Assembly: GCA_001775055.1 (NCBI GenBank)
Contig: MFBU01000022.1
Location: forward strand, 3,278 to 67,277
Origin: Candidatus Curtissbacteria bacterium RIFCSPLOWO2_02_41_11
Lineage (GTDB): Bacteria > Patescibacteriota > Microgenomatia > Curtissbacterales > GWA2-41-24
DNA: 64,000 nt
Reading direction: 5' to 3'
This document shows positions 1 to 10,507 of the stretch, one piece after another. The notes beneath the pieces are model-generated. The model worked only from the letters and a program-made list of their open reading frames with translations, ran no database searches and was not told where the DNA came from. Position 1 is the first letter of the stretch; every line of letters begins with the position of its first letter. Both the position numbers and the translations under genes were made by a program.

Positions 1-1
1 A

Positions 2-1198
2 GGACTTGAAGCTGATTACCTTGTTTTTAATGGCGGCTGGATATTTATAAGGCAAATTTTGACAAGCCTTAGTACACTTGCCATAGTATTTTTCTTTACA
101 AGGTTTGGGTCTAAAGAGGATTTTGGCGCTTATAATTTAATTCTTTCAATCTCTGCTTTGGCTTCCGTTTTTTCACTTCCCGGTGTCGCAACTGCAGTTA
201 TTCAATCTGTTGCTTCAGGTTTTGACCGTTCTTATTTTGTAGGTTTGAGGTTGCGATTTTTCTTTTCAATTACCGGTTCATTCTTTTTGATGACTCTTGC
301 TTATTATTACTTCTTAAAACAAGCTGAGGCTCTTTCTGTTTCTATTTTTTTAGTCGCACTCGTTTTTCCATTTTTAAATACGTTCGGCACTTATGACTCA
401 TTACTGAGCGGTAAAAAACTTTTTAGGAACCAATCGATAAGTTCTGTTTCAATTTCCGGGATTGTTTCTTTGGGGACAATTGTAGCAATTTTTCTTAAAC
501 TAAACGTTATTTTTATAATTTTTACCTATTTTTTCCTGACTACAGTTCTAAATATTTTTTTTCATAGTTTTTTTACTAAATACTTAAGTAAAGACTCACA
601 AACGGATAGCAAATTCAAAGAATATTCATATTTTATGTCTTTTATTTCCGGCTTGTCGCTTGTTGCGGCTAATCTGGACAAAATCCTCCTTGGATCTTTG
701 AGTGGGTTTTCGTCACTTGCGATTTATTCAACGGCTCTTTTAATTCCAGATGGGATAACCCGGAACCTAAAGGCGTTTATGGGCATTTATACGGTAAAAT
801 TGGCCGGCAAAAGTTCTTTGGAGAATAAAAAAGTACTGGCTTATTATTATTTAAGATTAATACTAATCGGGTTTATATTATCTTTTGCTTTATGGTTTAC
901 TCTTCCGTTTCTGATACCCTTTTTGTTTTCTGCTAAGTATGTTGAGGCGGTTGGATTCGCAAGATTAATTTCAATCACTTTGATTCTTTCTCCCATTGTA
1001 ACTGCACTTTCTTCAGCTGTTGTTTTTGAAAAACGTTACAAGGATACTTTACTTTTTAATATATTTCCTCAGGGAATTAAGATTCTTTTATATTTTATCT
1101 TAATTCCCTCTTTTGGGATACTCGGAATAGTATTTTCCTTGATGTTTGAAAGGCTTATCAGTGTGTCGCTTTTAACTTATATAGTTTTTAAAAAATGA
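2..1198 (+). CDS. wzx: Wzx/MOP-family oligosaccharide flippase (5'-truncated by window edge)
   Basis: Frame is open from base 2 (GLEADYLVFNGGW...). About 12 hydrophobic segments; 'EDFGAYNL' and 'NLDKILLG...LAIYSTA' are typical of polysaccharide biosynthesis flippases. Confidence 0.8.
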   Translation, partial: GLEADYLVFNGGWIFIRQILTSLSTLAIVFFFTRFGSKEDFGAYNLILSISALASVFSLPGVATAVIQSVASGFDRSYFVGLRLRFFFSITGSFFLMTLAYYYFLKQAEALSVSIFLVALVFPFLNTFGTYDSLLSGKKLFRNQSISSVSISGIVSLGTIVAIFLKLNVIFIIFTYFFLTTVLNIFFHSFFTKYLSKDSQTDSKFKEYSYFMSFISGLSLVAANLDKILLGSLSGFSSLAIYSTALLIPDGITRNLKAFMGIYTVKLAGKSSLENKKVLAYYYLRLILIGFILSFALWFTLPFLIPFLFSAKYVEAVGFARLISITLILSPIVTALSSAVVFEKRYKDTLLFNIFPQGIKILLYFILIPSFGILGIVFSLMFERLISVSLLTYIVFKK

Positions 1199-2250
1199 AA
1201 AAGATCGTTGTATTATTCCCTCCGAGGGACAAACGCTCTGACGGCTATTACTTTCGCGTGGAACAGGAAATAAAAATATTATCAAGAAATTATGAGTTGG
1301 AGATTATCGAATTAGAACCTAAGGCTGACGGACTTCGAAAATTTATAAATTCATTACAGATTTTGCCAGTGTTAGTTAAAGCTATAAAAAATTCGGATAT
1401 AGTTCTTTTATATCCTTCTTGGATGTGGTATTTAACGGCTCCACTTACGAAGGTTTTTGACAATAAACTGGTTTTGGATCATTTCACGACAAACCTTTAT
1501 AATTTTGAATTTTCAAATTTTTCGGGTAAGTTCATCGTTAAGTTTATAGACGGATTGGTCTATAAACTTTTTGACGTTGTTATTACTCATACTGAAAGCA
1601 TGAAAAAACTGCTTGCCCAAACATATAAAATAGCTAAGGATAAAATTACTGTGAGTAATAGTTGTGTCGATGAAAGAATTTTTAAACAAGAAGCTAAGAA
1701 CAAAAATTTACTAAAAGAGTTAGGGTTACCGGTTGATAAGAAAATCATCATCTATAGTGGACTTTTCCATCCTTTTCATGGGGTCGATACCATTCTGGAT
1801 ACGACAAGGAGTTTGACGAAAAGAGATGATCTGTTTTTTATCATTTTAGGACGCAAGTTAAACAATGAGCCGAAAAATGTTTTTTCATTAAATTCTGTTC
1901 CGTATGGACAATTTCCAAAATATCTTTCGGTGGGTGATCTTTGGGTAGGAACTGTTGGCAGCGGTATACAAGGAGAAAGAGCTTTGTCTTCTAACATGAT
2001 TTCCGCTATGGCGATGGGATTAGTTGTTATCGTCGGTGATTGGGATGAAAACAAAGTGATAATTCACGACGGACTAAACGGATTTCTTGTGAAAAGAAAT
2101 GATGCTACAGTTTTATCTTCAAAGATCGTGAGCGTTTTAAAAAATAGGAATTTAAAAAAGATTAAACAAAATGCAAGAAAAACAGCAATCGAGAATTTTT
2201 CGATCAAAGTAATGGAGCAAAAGTTTACCACACTTTTTAACAAGTTATGA
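1195..2250 (+). CDS. GT4-family (GT-B) glycosyltransferase
   Basis: C-terminal Glycos_transf_1-like segment 'SAMAMGLVVIV...IHDGLNGFLV'; ATGA overlap with the flippase. Confidence 0.8.
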   Translation: MKKIVVLFPPRDKRSDGYYFRVEQEIKILSRNYELEIIELEPKADGLRKFINSLQILPVLVKAIKNSDIVLLYPSWMWYLTAPLTKVFDNKLVLDHFTTNLYNFEFSNFSGKFIVKFIDGLVYKLFDVVITHTESMKKLLAQTYKIAKDKITVSNSCVDERIFKQEAKNKNLLKELGLPVDKKIIIYSGLFHPFHGVDTILDTTRSLTKRDDLFFIILGRKLNNEPKNVFSLNSVPYGQFPKYLSVGDLWVGTVGSGIQGERALSSNMISAMAMGLVVIVGDWDENKVIIHDGLNGFLVKRNDATVLSSKIVSVLKNRNLKKIKQNARKTAIENFSIKVMEQKFTTLFNKL

Positions 2251-2888
2251 AAAAAGACGATTACTTCCAGACCCATTTTGCAGGTTGTTATTATAGGGAA
2301 AAAAATAACCCTACTAATCAAAAAAAACTAAAAGAGATTATTTATTTAGGTTATAAGAACGGTAGGATTTTGGACATTGGTTGTGCTTATGGATTTTTCC
2401 TTGGAGAAGCAGACAAATATGGTTTTGAAACTTATGGTATTGATATCTCAAAATATGCCTTAGGTCAAGCTGATAAAAATACAAAAGCAAAGCTTGTTCG
2501 CTTAAATTTATCTACCGACAAAATTCCTTTTAAAGATGTTGACGTTTGTGTAATGCTAAATACTCTGGAGCATATTCCTAATTACTGGCAGCTTTTAGAA
2601 GAGGTAAAGAGGATATTAAAAAGAAAGGGGCTTCTGTGTTTATTCGTTCCAACAGAAAAACGCTGGCTCACAGATCCAACTCACATTAATTTTTTCACTG
2701 TTAATACACTAAGATTTGTTTTAGAAAAAGCTGGTTTTAAGATAATAAAAATTGGCGAAGAAGGAGGCATTTTCCAAATTCCCTTAGGGGTATTTAGACT
2801 TTTGGTTAAAGGTAATACTAATTTCAATTTCGTGCCTGAAGGAACCGGTTCCTTCATTTCCTGTTTTGCCCAGAAATATTTTTTTTAA
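2247..2888 (+). CDS. Class I SAM-dependent methyltransferase
   Basis: 'ILDIGCAYG' motif I, 'GIDIS', 'LEHI', 'ILKRKG'. Confidence 0.9.
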   Translation: MKKDDYFQTHFAGCYYREKNNPTNQKKLKEIIYLGYKNGRILDIGCAYGFFLGEADKYGFETYGIDISKYALGQADKNTKAKLVRLNLSTDKIPFKDVDVCVMLNTLEHIPNYWQLLEEVKRILKRKGLLCLFVPTEKRWLTDPTHINFFTVNTLRFVLEKAGFKIIKIGEEGGIFQIPLGVFRLLVKGNTNFNFVPEGTGSFISCFAQKYFF

Positions 2889-4599
2889 ACGCTAAAATAT
2901 TTTCGTCTCCATTAAAATTTTTGCTTATTTGTAATTCAACAAATTGATAATCTTTTTCAATCATTTTAGAAAACCACGTAGGTTCTATTTTTTCATCAAC
3001 TATTAGCCATTGAACATTATTGTTTTTGAAATAATTTTCAAAATTTACAATAAATTCTGGGTTTTCATCTAATTCCTGTTTAACTTTAGATATAGCTGTG
3101 TTTTCATCTGTAAAATATTTCTTTGAGGAGGGTGGTAAATTCGGGACTATGTCTGGAACTGTACTAACAACAAGTCCCTTAGCATACCAAAGTTGATGAG
3201 GGCCATGCAGTGAAAAAATTTTAGCTTCTGGATTATAAACACGTATATAATCATAAATCTCTCTATACTTTGTTGTATAACCTAAGCCCGGATCAGGGAA
3301 AGAGTTTGCAACGGTAACACTTGTAAAAAGTGTATTTTTAGTTAGATTTGGAATAGAGATTTTGACGCCGAATAGTAAAATAATCACCGCAGCAATTAAT
3401 AATGCCGAATTGCTACCTAATTTTAGGATCTTTACAGCTTTGTATATTGTGAAAATTACTCCCTGGGCAAAAAACCAATAAACAATTACGACCGCAGGGA
3501 AAAGATATCTAAGATTGTTGTATCTATTGGTTGCAAAAATCATTAACCCTAAATAACTAATAAGTAGAACTAACAAGAAAATGTTTTGATTTTTTTGAAC
3601 AGACTCTCTTTGTGTTAGCACATAAACTATCCCGACGGCAATCAAAATTAGAGCGAAAAGCGGCTGGGCGAAAAACTTTATTGATAAAAAGAAGTATTCA
3701 ATATTTGGTTGAGAAAATTCTATATGATTTCCAAAAAACCTTAAGCCAAATATTCCGAAGATAATTGCAGAAATTAATAAGGTTAAAAGAAGGTTTTTCT
3801 TCTTTGAAAAAGTTATCTTGAGATATTGAATTCTATATAGACTAAAAAGTATCACTGTTGGGATTAACAAAACTGTAAGTGGATGGATTTGGTAGGTTAC
3901 AAAAAATAGAAGCAATCCTAAGACACTTAATAGAATTTGATTTTTGAACGTTACTTTTCCTTTAATAAGTCTGAGAATGAGATGGATTATTAGAAAAAAT
4001 AATGTATAAAACATTGTGTACATTCTTACTGTCCGAGTTTGCCAAATAAGAGTGGGGTCGAAAACCAATTGGCTGAAGAAAACTAAAGTAAAAAGACCAG
4101 TTCCTTCAGTTTTGTATGCTATTATCAAAACTACAACTAAAAATAAAGTTCCCCAAAAGACCGAGGGTGTCCGGGCTACTGTTTCGTTTACTCCAAAAAA
4201 TTTGAATGATTGAGCAACTTGCCAGGTATAAAAAGATGCACGATTGTAAATATAATTTATAGGTTTATTGGCCGTTCGGTCCCAGTATAGAAATTTTCCG
4301 GTTTTGTTAAATCCTTCTGCCGTAAAAACGTGTCTGAATTCGTCACCATAAAACTCTAAACTTCCCAAGTTCTCAATCCTTAGCCAAATACCCCAAATAA
4401 AAAATACCGCAAGTGATAAAAGAAAAAGAGGTCTCGGTACTCGTAAGATTTTAAAACTAAAATATTTGTTGAATTTACTTATTAAATTACTATTAACTGG
4501 TTTTATTAGAGTCAGGAGTAAAAACAAAAAAACGAAAAGTAGCAAAATTGCAATTGGAATGCGAGCATTTTGGATTAAAAAAATTGCAAATTCTGTCAT
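2854..4599 (-). CDS. GT-C (PMT/ArnT-like) membrane glycosyltransferase
   Basis: 'LR..LG...FYGDE' acidic loop, 'FGVNETVARTPSVFWG', 'RMYT', 'RYLFP'; many transmembrane (TM) helices. Confidence 0.8.
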   Translation of the reverse strand: MTEFAIFLIQNARIPIAILLLFVFLFLLLTLIKPVNSNLISKFNKYFSFKILRVPRPLFLLSLAVFFIWGIWLRIENLGSLEFYGDEFRHVFTAEGFNKTGKFLYWDRTANKPINYIYNRASFYTWQVAQSFKFFGVNETVARTPSVFWGTLFLVVVLIIAYKTEGTGLFTLVFFSQLVFDPTLIWQTRTVRMYTMFYTLFFLIIHLILRLIKGKVTFKNQILLSVLGLLLFFVTYQIHPLTVLLIPTVILFSLYRIQYLKITFSKKKNLLLTLLISAIIFGIFGLRFFGNHIEFSQPNIEYFFLSIKFFAQPLFALILIAVGIVYVLTQRESVQKNQNIFLLVLLISYLGLMIFATNRYNNLRYLFPAVVIVYWFFAQGVIFTIYKAVKILKLGSNSALLIAAVIILLFGVKISIPNLTKNTLFTSVTVANSFPDPGLGYTTKYREIYDYIRVYNPEAKIFSLHGPHQLWYAKGLVVSTVPDIVPNLPPSSKKYFTDENTAISKVKQELDENPEFIVNFENYFKNNNVQWLIVDEKIEPTWFSKMIEKDYQFVELQISKNFNGDENILAFKKNISGQNRK

Positions 4600-4716
4600 T
4601 TATTCGAATAAAAATCGATAGATTAGCAGGAGTAATAGTATAGCATTAAAACTTCTTTAAGAAATAAACCTTCTTTTTTTAAAATTTCACAGGTGATGGT
4701 GATACAATACGCTAAA

Positions 4717-5661
4717 ATGAAACCCCGTGTGAAAAAGCCTTTCTACTCGGTTGTTATTCCAGTCTACAACGAGGAGAAAAATGTTACTAATTTACATCAG
4801 GAAGTTGTTAGTGTAATGAAAGGTCTCAAGAAGAAATTCGAAATAATTTTTGTAAATGACGGGTCCACAGATAGGACCTTAGATAGACTCAAAATTCTTT
4901 CTCCAATTAAAATAATAAATTTTAGAGCTAATTTTGGTCAATCATCATCGTTAGACGCGGGAATCAAAAGCGCCCGAGGTGAAATAATCATAACAATGGA
5001 TGGGGATGGACAAAATGATCCTAAAGATATCCCTAATCTGCTGAAAAAATTAGGCTGTGGTTTTGATGTAGTTTGCGGTTGGCGATACAAGAGAAAAGAC
5101 CCTTTTTTAAAGAAATTTATCTCGTTAGGGGCAAGAGAACTGAAGAAAATATTCGTTCAAGATGAAATTCACGATTCTGTTTGTGCTCTTCGTGTTTACC
5201 GCAGGGAATGTTTTGAGGATTTAGACCTTTATGGTGAGCTTCATAGGATGATTCCGGGATTACTAAAATGGAGAGGTTTTAGGGTAACTGAGATAAAAGT
5301 TAATCATAGATTTCGTAGGTATGGTAAAAGCAAGTACGACTGGAAGAGGATAATTAGGGGATTTCTAGACATGATAGGAGTTTGGTTTTGGAGAAATTAC
5401 GAAAGTCGTCCATTACATCTATTCGGAACTTTAGGACTGATGACTACAGTAATTTCAATAATTTTTGGCATGTATTTAGCAATTATGAGGATGTTTTTTG
5501 GGTATTATTTAAGAGATAAAATTTGGCCTCTTGTTGTCACAACTGCTTTTATATTCGGTATACAACTATTAGTCTTTGGGCTTTTAGCTGATTTGATTCT
5601 CAAAAATCGCCCTAAGAAAGACTTCTATAAAATAAAGGAGATTATTGATAATAAAAGTTGA
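4717..5661 (+). CDS. GT2 polyprenol-phosphate glycosyltransferase (ArnC/GtrB/DPM1-like) with two C-terminal TM helices
   Basis: 'SVVIPVYNEE', 'VNDGSTD', 'NFGQS', 'MDGDGQNDP'. Start moved from 4693 to the ATG at 4717, which follows a TGnTACAAT box. Confidence 0.88.
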   Translation: MKPRVKKPFYSVVIPVYNEEKNVTNLHQEVVSVMKGLKKKFEIIFVNDGSTDRTLDRLKILSPIKIINFRANFGQSSSLDAGIKSARGEIIITMDGDGQNDPKDIPNLLKKLGCGFDVVCGWRYKRKDPFLKKFISLGARELKKIFVQDEIHDSVCALRVYRRECFEDLDLYGELHRMIPGLLKWRGFRVTEIKVNHRFRRYGKSKYDWKRIIRGFLDMIGVWFWRNYESRPLHLFGTLGLMTTVISIIFGMYLAIMRMFFGYYLRDKIWPLVVTTAFIFGIQLLVFGLLADLILKNRPKKDFYKIKEIIDNKS

Positions 5662-5665
5662 GTGT

Positions 5666-6604
5666 ATGAAGCTGATACTTAGTAAGAAGATTCTTCTGAG
5701 GGTAGTTATTAGTGGTTTGCTTCTTCTGCTTATTTTACAAAAAATCTCGTTTGTTGAGATTTTAAAAATAATTGAAAAGGCAAATATTCTCCTTTTTCTC
5801 CAAGCTTTGCTTTTGGCAATTCTTTTTTTTGTATTAAAATCCTACCGTCTATATTTACTGGCTAAACTTATGGTGAAGAATTCAGAGATAAATTTTGGAA
5901 CTGTGTTAGGTAGTTCTCTTATAGGATATTTTTACAATTTGGTTCTACCTTCCAGTATTGGAGGAGATTTTGTTAAAGGTATTTATCTTTCAAATAGGAC
6001 CATTTCAAAAAGCAGCGGCATATTTTTGTCTTTTATCGACAGAGTTGCTGGATTATACGGTTTTGCTGTCCTCGGACTTTTAGGGATAACTCTAGTATTA
6101 ATTGAAAAGTTGTCCTTGCCTTTTTCGTTATTATTAGTGACATTAATTTTTATTTTTATTTCTCTAGGAATCTCTATTGCTATTTTGTTGTCTGAGAGCC
6201 TCGTAGGCATCGCAAGAAAAATTAAATTATTAAAATTTCTTTCATTTTTTGAGGAGATAGATTTTTCTCAGAAGAAAATTTTTTTTGTTTTGGCAACAGT
6301 CTCTGTTTTCTTTCAAATAATTAATGTCATAACCTACATTGTTGCTGCCAAATCGATAGGTATTTCTTTGCCCTTCGAGTATTTTTACGTTCTCATTCCC
6401 CTTTTGAGTTTAGTACTTACCTTGCCAATTACAATTTCTGGAATTGGCCTGAGAGAAGTATCTGCAGTCGCACTGTTTTATGGTCTAGGCGTTCCAAATG
6501 AGAAAATTGTAGCTATGACAACCATTATTTTTTCTCAATTCATAATTATAGGGTTGGCCGGTGGCATTTTGCAAATTTTTAAAACTGATAACAATAAACT
6601 TTAA
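5666..6604 (+). CDS. UPF0104 / lysylphosphatidylglycerol-synthase-TM family membrane protein (putative lipid-sugar flippase)
   Basis: 'NLVLPSSIGGDFVK', 'DR', 'LPITISGIGLRE' motifs; likely start is ATG 5666. Confidence 0.85.
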   Translation: MKLILSKKILLRVVISGLLLLLILQKISFVEILKIIEKANILLFLQALLLAILFFVLKSYRLYLLAKLMVKNSEINFGTVLGSSLIGYFYNLVLPSSIGGDFVKGIYLSNRTISKSSGIFLSFIDRVAGLYGFAVLGLLGITLVLIEKLSLPFSLLLVTLIFIFISLGISIAILLSESLVGIARKIKLLKFLSFFEEIDFSQKKIFFVLATVSVFFQIINVITYIVAAKSIGISLPFEYFYVLIPLLSLVLTLPITISGIGLREVSAVALFYGLGVPNEKIVAMTTIIFSQFIIIGLAGGILQIFKTDNNKL

Positions 6605-7263
6605 CTTTTTTTAAAAAAAATAAAATAACCGCAGACATAACTTTTTAAAAATTTCGAATTCTGGACTAAAATTGTTGAGTCTAAGTATGTTAACAAATCA
6701 AAAAATGGGAATAATAGATATAAAGGGTATCGCAGCAAAATCCAGGGCATGTTCGTTATTGCTGCCCTTAGAATCTCTGAAATCAATGTAAAAAAATAGC
6801 CCTGTTCTTCAAATATTTCGATTTTAAGTTTATTAATTTTTGCTAAAGATTCCCATTTTTCTCTACCAACCCTCTGGTAATCATTTGGATCAGGATGAAG
6901 TGGATACATGAATGGAGAGGATATGATTAAATGGCCCCTTTTTTTAAGAACTCTAACGCATTCAGAAAATCCTTTCTCATAATTATCGACGTGTTCAAAA
7001 AGTTCGGTTGCTTTAACTGTATCAAAACTTTCATCTTTAAAAGGCAATTTTGCCACCGAAGCAACAATATCAGGTTTAGTTTTTTTATCAATATCAACGA
7101 CAATCCATTTTTTAGTCCTAGGATGTTTAAATTTACCGTCCTTTTTACCTCCTCCGATATCAAGCACGTTTCCTTTAAAAAGGTACTGATATTCATTTAA
7201 GGCCTTATCCAGGGCTTTTCTTCTGTAGGTTGTAAGAAAATAATATTTTATTTCCTCAAACAT
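6601..7263 (-). CDS. Class I SAM-dependent methyltransferase (type 11-like)
   Basis: 'VLDIGGG', 'LPFKDESFD', 'FEHV', 'RVLKKRG', 'HPDPNDYQR'. Confidence 0.88.
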   Translation of the reverse strand: MFEEIKYYFLTTYRRKALDKALNEYQYLFKGNVLDIGGGKKDGKFKHPRTKKWIVVDIDKKTKPDIVASVAKLPFKDESFDTVKATELFEHVDNYEKGFSECVRVLKKRGHLIISSPFMYPLHPDPNDYQRVGREKWESLAKINKLKIEIFEEQGYFFTLISEILRAAITNMPWILLRYPLYLLFPFFDLLTYLDSTILVQNSKFLKSYVCGYFIFFKKS

Positions 7264-8329
7264 GCTTTAAGACATAATTTTCGGTTCTCAATAACAGTGT
7301 TAGACTGAAATCTTTTTCTATTTTCTTCCTAGCTTTCTTCCTCAACTTCTCCATTAAATTTTTATTCTCTAGAATTGTCTTTATTCCGCTACTTAATCCT
7401 TCGATGGACTCATTTACCAATAAACCGTTTTCGCCGTTATTAATTATATCCTTGTTACCCTCATTATCTGTTGCTACAACCGGTAACCCACAGGCCATGG
7501 CTTCCATTAATACCTTTGGGCTACCTTCTAAGTATGAAGGCAGAACAAAAATATCTGCTTGGTTATAAATTTTTGGCATTTTAGTATTTTCTACCTTGTC
7601 GATAATTTTAAGGTTTACCTTCTGCTGTTTGGCAACTTGCATTAAATGTGATTTTAAGCTGCCAGATCCAACAATTGTTAGATCCGCATTAACTTTCGAC
7701 ATAGCTTTTATTAAGTTTTCAAAATTTTTTTGTTTTTCTAATCTTCCGACGGAAAGGACCTGAATTCTTTTGTGTTTAGGTTTTATTTTAGTAGGTCTAA
7801 AAAAGTTGGTATCAACACCGTTTGGCAGGTAAATAGCTTTACTTTTTGGCAATTCTTTAAAGATTGGCTTGTTAGCCGCAAATATTTTGGAAGAGAAAAA
7901 TATCGCCAATGGAGACAATAATTTAAAAAATATAGCTTGCAAGTTCTTATTTTCGATTTGAGCAAATTTCGGGTAATCATATGCCCAGTTGAAAATAAAT
8001 GGTTTGCCCAAAAAAATTCTTGAAATAATCGCAGGGATAGTACCTGAAAGATGGTAAGCTCTTATTACATCGCAATCGAGAACATATTTGATATTGATAA
8101 TGGGCATAAGAAATCCATAAAGATAACGGTGCAATGCGTATTTATTGGCTACAAGAATTACATTTCTGGGTAAATCATTGACTTTTTCATTAGTATAAGA
8201 AAAGACATAGACTTTTGAAAATTCCTTGGCAAAAGCGGATAAATAAAATTTTTTAAAACGGACATCCTGGCCGGTTTTGGCCATGTCTTTGAAACTGTCC
8301 CCCGTTGCTAGAAAAATCCCCAAAGTCAT
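7256..8329 (-). CDS. GT4-family glycosyltransferase
   Basis: 'PNGVD', 'VGRLEKQKN', 'DIFVLPSYLEGSPKVLMEAMACGLPVV'. Confidence 0.92.
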   Translation of the reverse strand: MTLGIFLATGDSFKDMAKTGQDVRFKKFYLSAFAKEFSKVYVFSYTNEKVNDLPRNVILVANKYALHRYLYGFLMPIINIKYVLDCDVIRAYHLSGTIPAIISRIFLGKPFIFNWAYDYPKFAQIENKNLQAIFFKLLSPLAIFFSSKIFAANKPIFKELPKSKAIYLPNGVDTNFFRPTKIKPKHKRIQVLSVGRLEKQKNFENLIKAMSKVNADLTIVGSGSLKSHLMQVAKQQKVNLKIIDKVENTKMPKIYNQADIFVLPSYLEGSPKVLMEAMACGLPVVATDNEGNKDIINNGENGLLVNESIEGLSSGIKTILENKNLMEKLRKKARKKIEKDFSLTLLLRTENYVLKHV

Positions 8330-9567
8330 CGTACTAATTTCCTGTAAATATCCAAATGCTCTGATACCAGTTTTTGATTAAAATTTTTAAGTTCAGAGTA
8401 ATTTTGAATGATGTTTTTTTGAAGAAAAGAATTCCTGTTGAGACTTTTGATTATCGTTTTTGCAAGACTTTTGGCATCGTTTTCGCTACCATAGCCAAAT
8501 ACTCCTTCACGAATTACTTCCACCAATCCTGTATTTTTGGTGAAGACAACAGGGGTCGCAAATGAAAGAGCTTCCAGTCCCACCCTTGGAAGAGGATCAG
8601 GCCAGTATGAGGGCACAACAACAAGTTTTGCCTTTTGGTAATAAGCAAATACCTGAGAGTGCTCTAAATGACCAAGATAGGAAATTTTTTTGTCAACCTT
8701 TGCAGCTTCTTTGACTTTTTGACTGAGTGGGCCACTGCCAATTATCACTAGTCGCGTCTTTGGATACTTCCTTCTCACCTTTTTATAAGCTTCTAGCAAT
8801 ATTGGCAGACCTTTTCCATATGTAAGTCTGCCAACAAACAATATGAAATTTTCTTTTTTTCTGCTGTTTGGATTAGTAAATATGTAGGGATTGTAAATAA
8901 CCTTTATTGGTCTGACAATGCCATTTGCTTTAAGAATCGAACCAACCTTATGGCTAATGGCGATGATCAAATCAACCCTGTTGATGAAAAATTTGAGAAA
9001 ATTTCTGGAGAAGCGTCCCCACACTGCGTAAAGTAGGTTTAAGAAAAGAGTTGTTAGTTTTTTATTTTCGACATAATTTTGATAGTACTTTCTAAAATCT
9101 TTGAAAAAATACTCTTTTAAGTTGCAGGCTTTATTTCTTTGAAAAAGGCATAAACCATAGTTACAAACAAGAATATAGTCTCTGACAGTGGCAACGACTG
9201 GTTTTTTTAAAAAAATATTGGCTAGCATTGCAGGAGGCACTGAATACTTTCCTTGAACATGAATAATGTCGGGGTTTTCTTTTCGTAATTTGAAAAATAA
9301 AAAAAGAGTAGACCAAAATATCCAAAGGGGGTTGGTGAATGCAAAATTCCCGGGAAAAGTACTTGTCGAGGTTAATCTTTTGTAAAATGGGTATCTTAAA
9401 ATTTTAATTCCATCTAAAATTTCTTCTTTTGGGGCACCAAAATTTGGAGTCAGGATAACAACCTTAACGTTTTTCTCCTTTAAAAGTTTAGCAATATAAA
9501 AAGTACTCCATTCTGCTCCACCTGCAGAAAAGGGTAGAAAATATTCAATAACAAAGGCCACTTTCAT
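8326..9567 (-). CDS. GT4-family glycosyltransferase
   Basis: 'GGAE', 'FVGRLTYGKG', 'VVPSYWPDPLPRVGLEAL'. Confidence 0.9.
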   Translation of the reverse strand: MKVAFVIEYFLPFSAGGAEWSTFYIAKLLKEKNVKVVILTPNFGAPKEEILDGIKILRYPFYKRLTSTSTFPGNFAFTNPLWIFWSTLFLFFKLRKENPDIIHVQGKYSVPPAMLANIFLKKPVVATVRDYILVCNYGLCLFQRNKACNLKEYFFKDFRKYYQNYVENKKLTTLFLNLLYAVWGRFSRNFLKFFINRVDLIIAISHKVGSILKANGIVRPIKVIYNPYIFTNPNSRKKENFILFVGRLTYGKGLPILLEAYKKVRRKYPKTRLVIIGSGPLSQKVKEAAKVDKKISYLGHLEHSQVFAYYQKAKLVVVPSYWPDPLPRVGLEALSFATPVVFTKNTGLVEVIREGVFGYGSENDAKSLAKTIIKSLNRNSFLQKNIIQNYSELKNFNQKLVSEHLDIYRKLVR

Positions 9568-10460
9568 CTCTTTGCAAGTTGATTAATCCTTTGGATGACT
9601 CCTATTGCTTTCTTTGCGACCTTTTCTTGTGGGTCAGACCGGTCATTATTTTCTATTTTGTGGATAAATTTTCTGCACATTAAGGTTAATGGTTTGTCCT
9701 TGGATTTAAATAGAACTTTTCTCATCTTATTCTTTTGCAATAGAAAATCGTCTTCCCAAATTAATTTTTTCTTCAAAAGGACAAATTCTATCTGTTTTAT
9801 CTTTTTGGGAGAGTGGCGATTTATCTCAAAAAAACATTTGATGATTCTGCCTCTCTTTTTGAAATCCATTTTAAATTTGACTAGATCGAGATCTGTTTTG
9901 ATAGAATTTTGTTCTAGGATTTTAATACTGATCGGAGTACCAAAAAGATTTATCGCTAAGTAAACCTCATGGTAAGCCAAATTCCAAAGAAGATCTTCAT
10001 CAAAAGTTCCCCACTTTAACCATTTGAATCGCACTTGTGGGGGATACTCTTTCTTTAGAATTTGAGCAACTTTAAAAAAGATTGGATAATATACGAAAAT
10101 ATGGTCTATAAAGAGAAGAACCTTGTTAGCCTTGGCAATTTCTATTAACTCGTTTAGTTCACTTACTGAAGTTGTCGGGGGTTTTTCAAGAAAAACGTTT
10201 TTACCAGAAAGAAGAGCCTTTTTTGCTAAGTTAAAATGAGAAGAAATATTAGTGGCAATAATAACCGAATTTATACTTTTATCACTCAACACCCTCGTCA
10301 ATTTCGTAGTGATTTTGATATTAGGATAATATTTTTTGATCCACTGTAAATTTTCCTTATTGCCACGATAGCAACAGATTGAAACATCGGAAATTTTCTC
10401 CATTTCTCTGAGGAGTTTCTTTCCCCATCTGCCGATTCCAACAATAGCTGTTTTCACCAT
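9564..10460 (-). CDS. Gfo/Idh/MocA-family NAD(P)-dependent oxidoreductase
   Basis: 'GIGRWG' Rossmann motif, 'H...ALLSGKNVFLEKP'. Confidence 0.88.
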   Translation of the reverse strand: MVKTAIVGIGRWGKKLLREMEKISDVSICCYRGNKENLQWIKKYYPNIKITTKLTRVLSDKSINSVIIATNISSHFNLAKKALLSGKNVFLEKPPTTSVSELNELIEIAKANKVLLFIDHIFVYYPIFFKVAQILKKEYPPQVRFKWLKWGTFDEDLLWNLAYHEVYLAINLFGTPISIKILEQNSIKTDLDLVKFKMDFKKRGRIIKCFFEINRHSPKKIKQIEFVLLKKKLIWEDDFLLQKNKMRKVLFKSKDKPLTLMCRKFIHKIENNDRSDPQEKVAKKAIGVIQRINQLAKR

Positions 10461-10507
10461 TTTGAAAGATGGGGATATTATATTACAATTTCCTCATAGA
10501 AATTTTT

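Noticed and set aside
6605-6620. Homopolymer runs (T8A8 here, many A/T7-9 elsewhere) as phase-variation tracts
   Set aside because: Such runs are common in this AT-rich, Lys/Phe-rich coding DNA, and no frameshifted gene was found.
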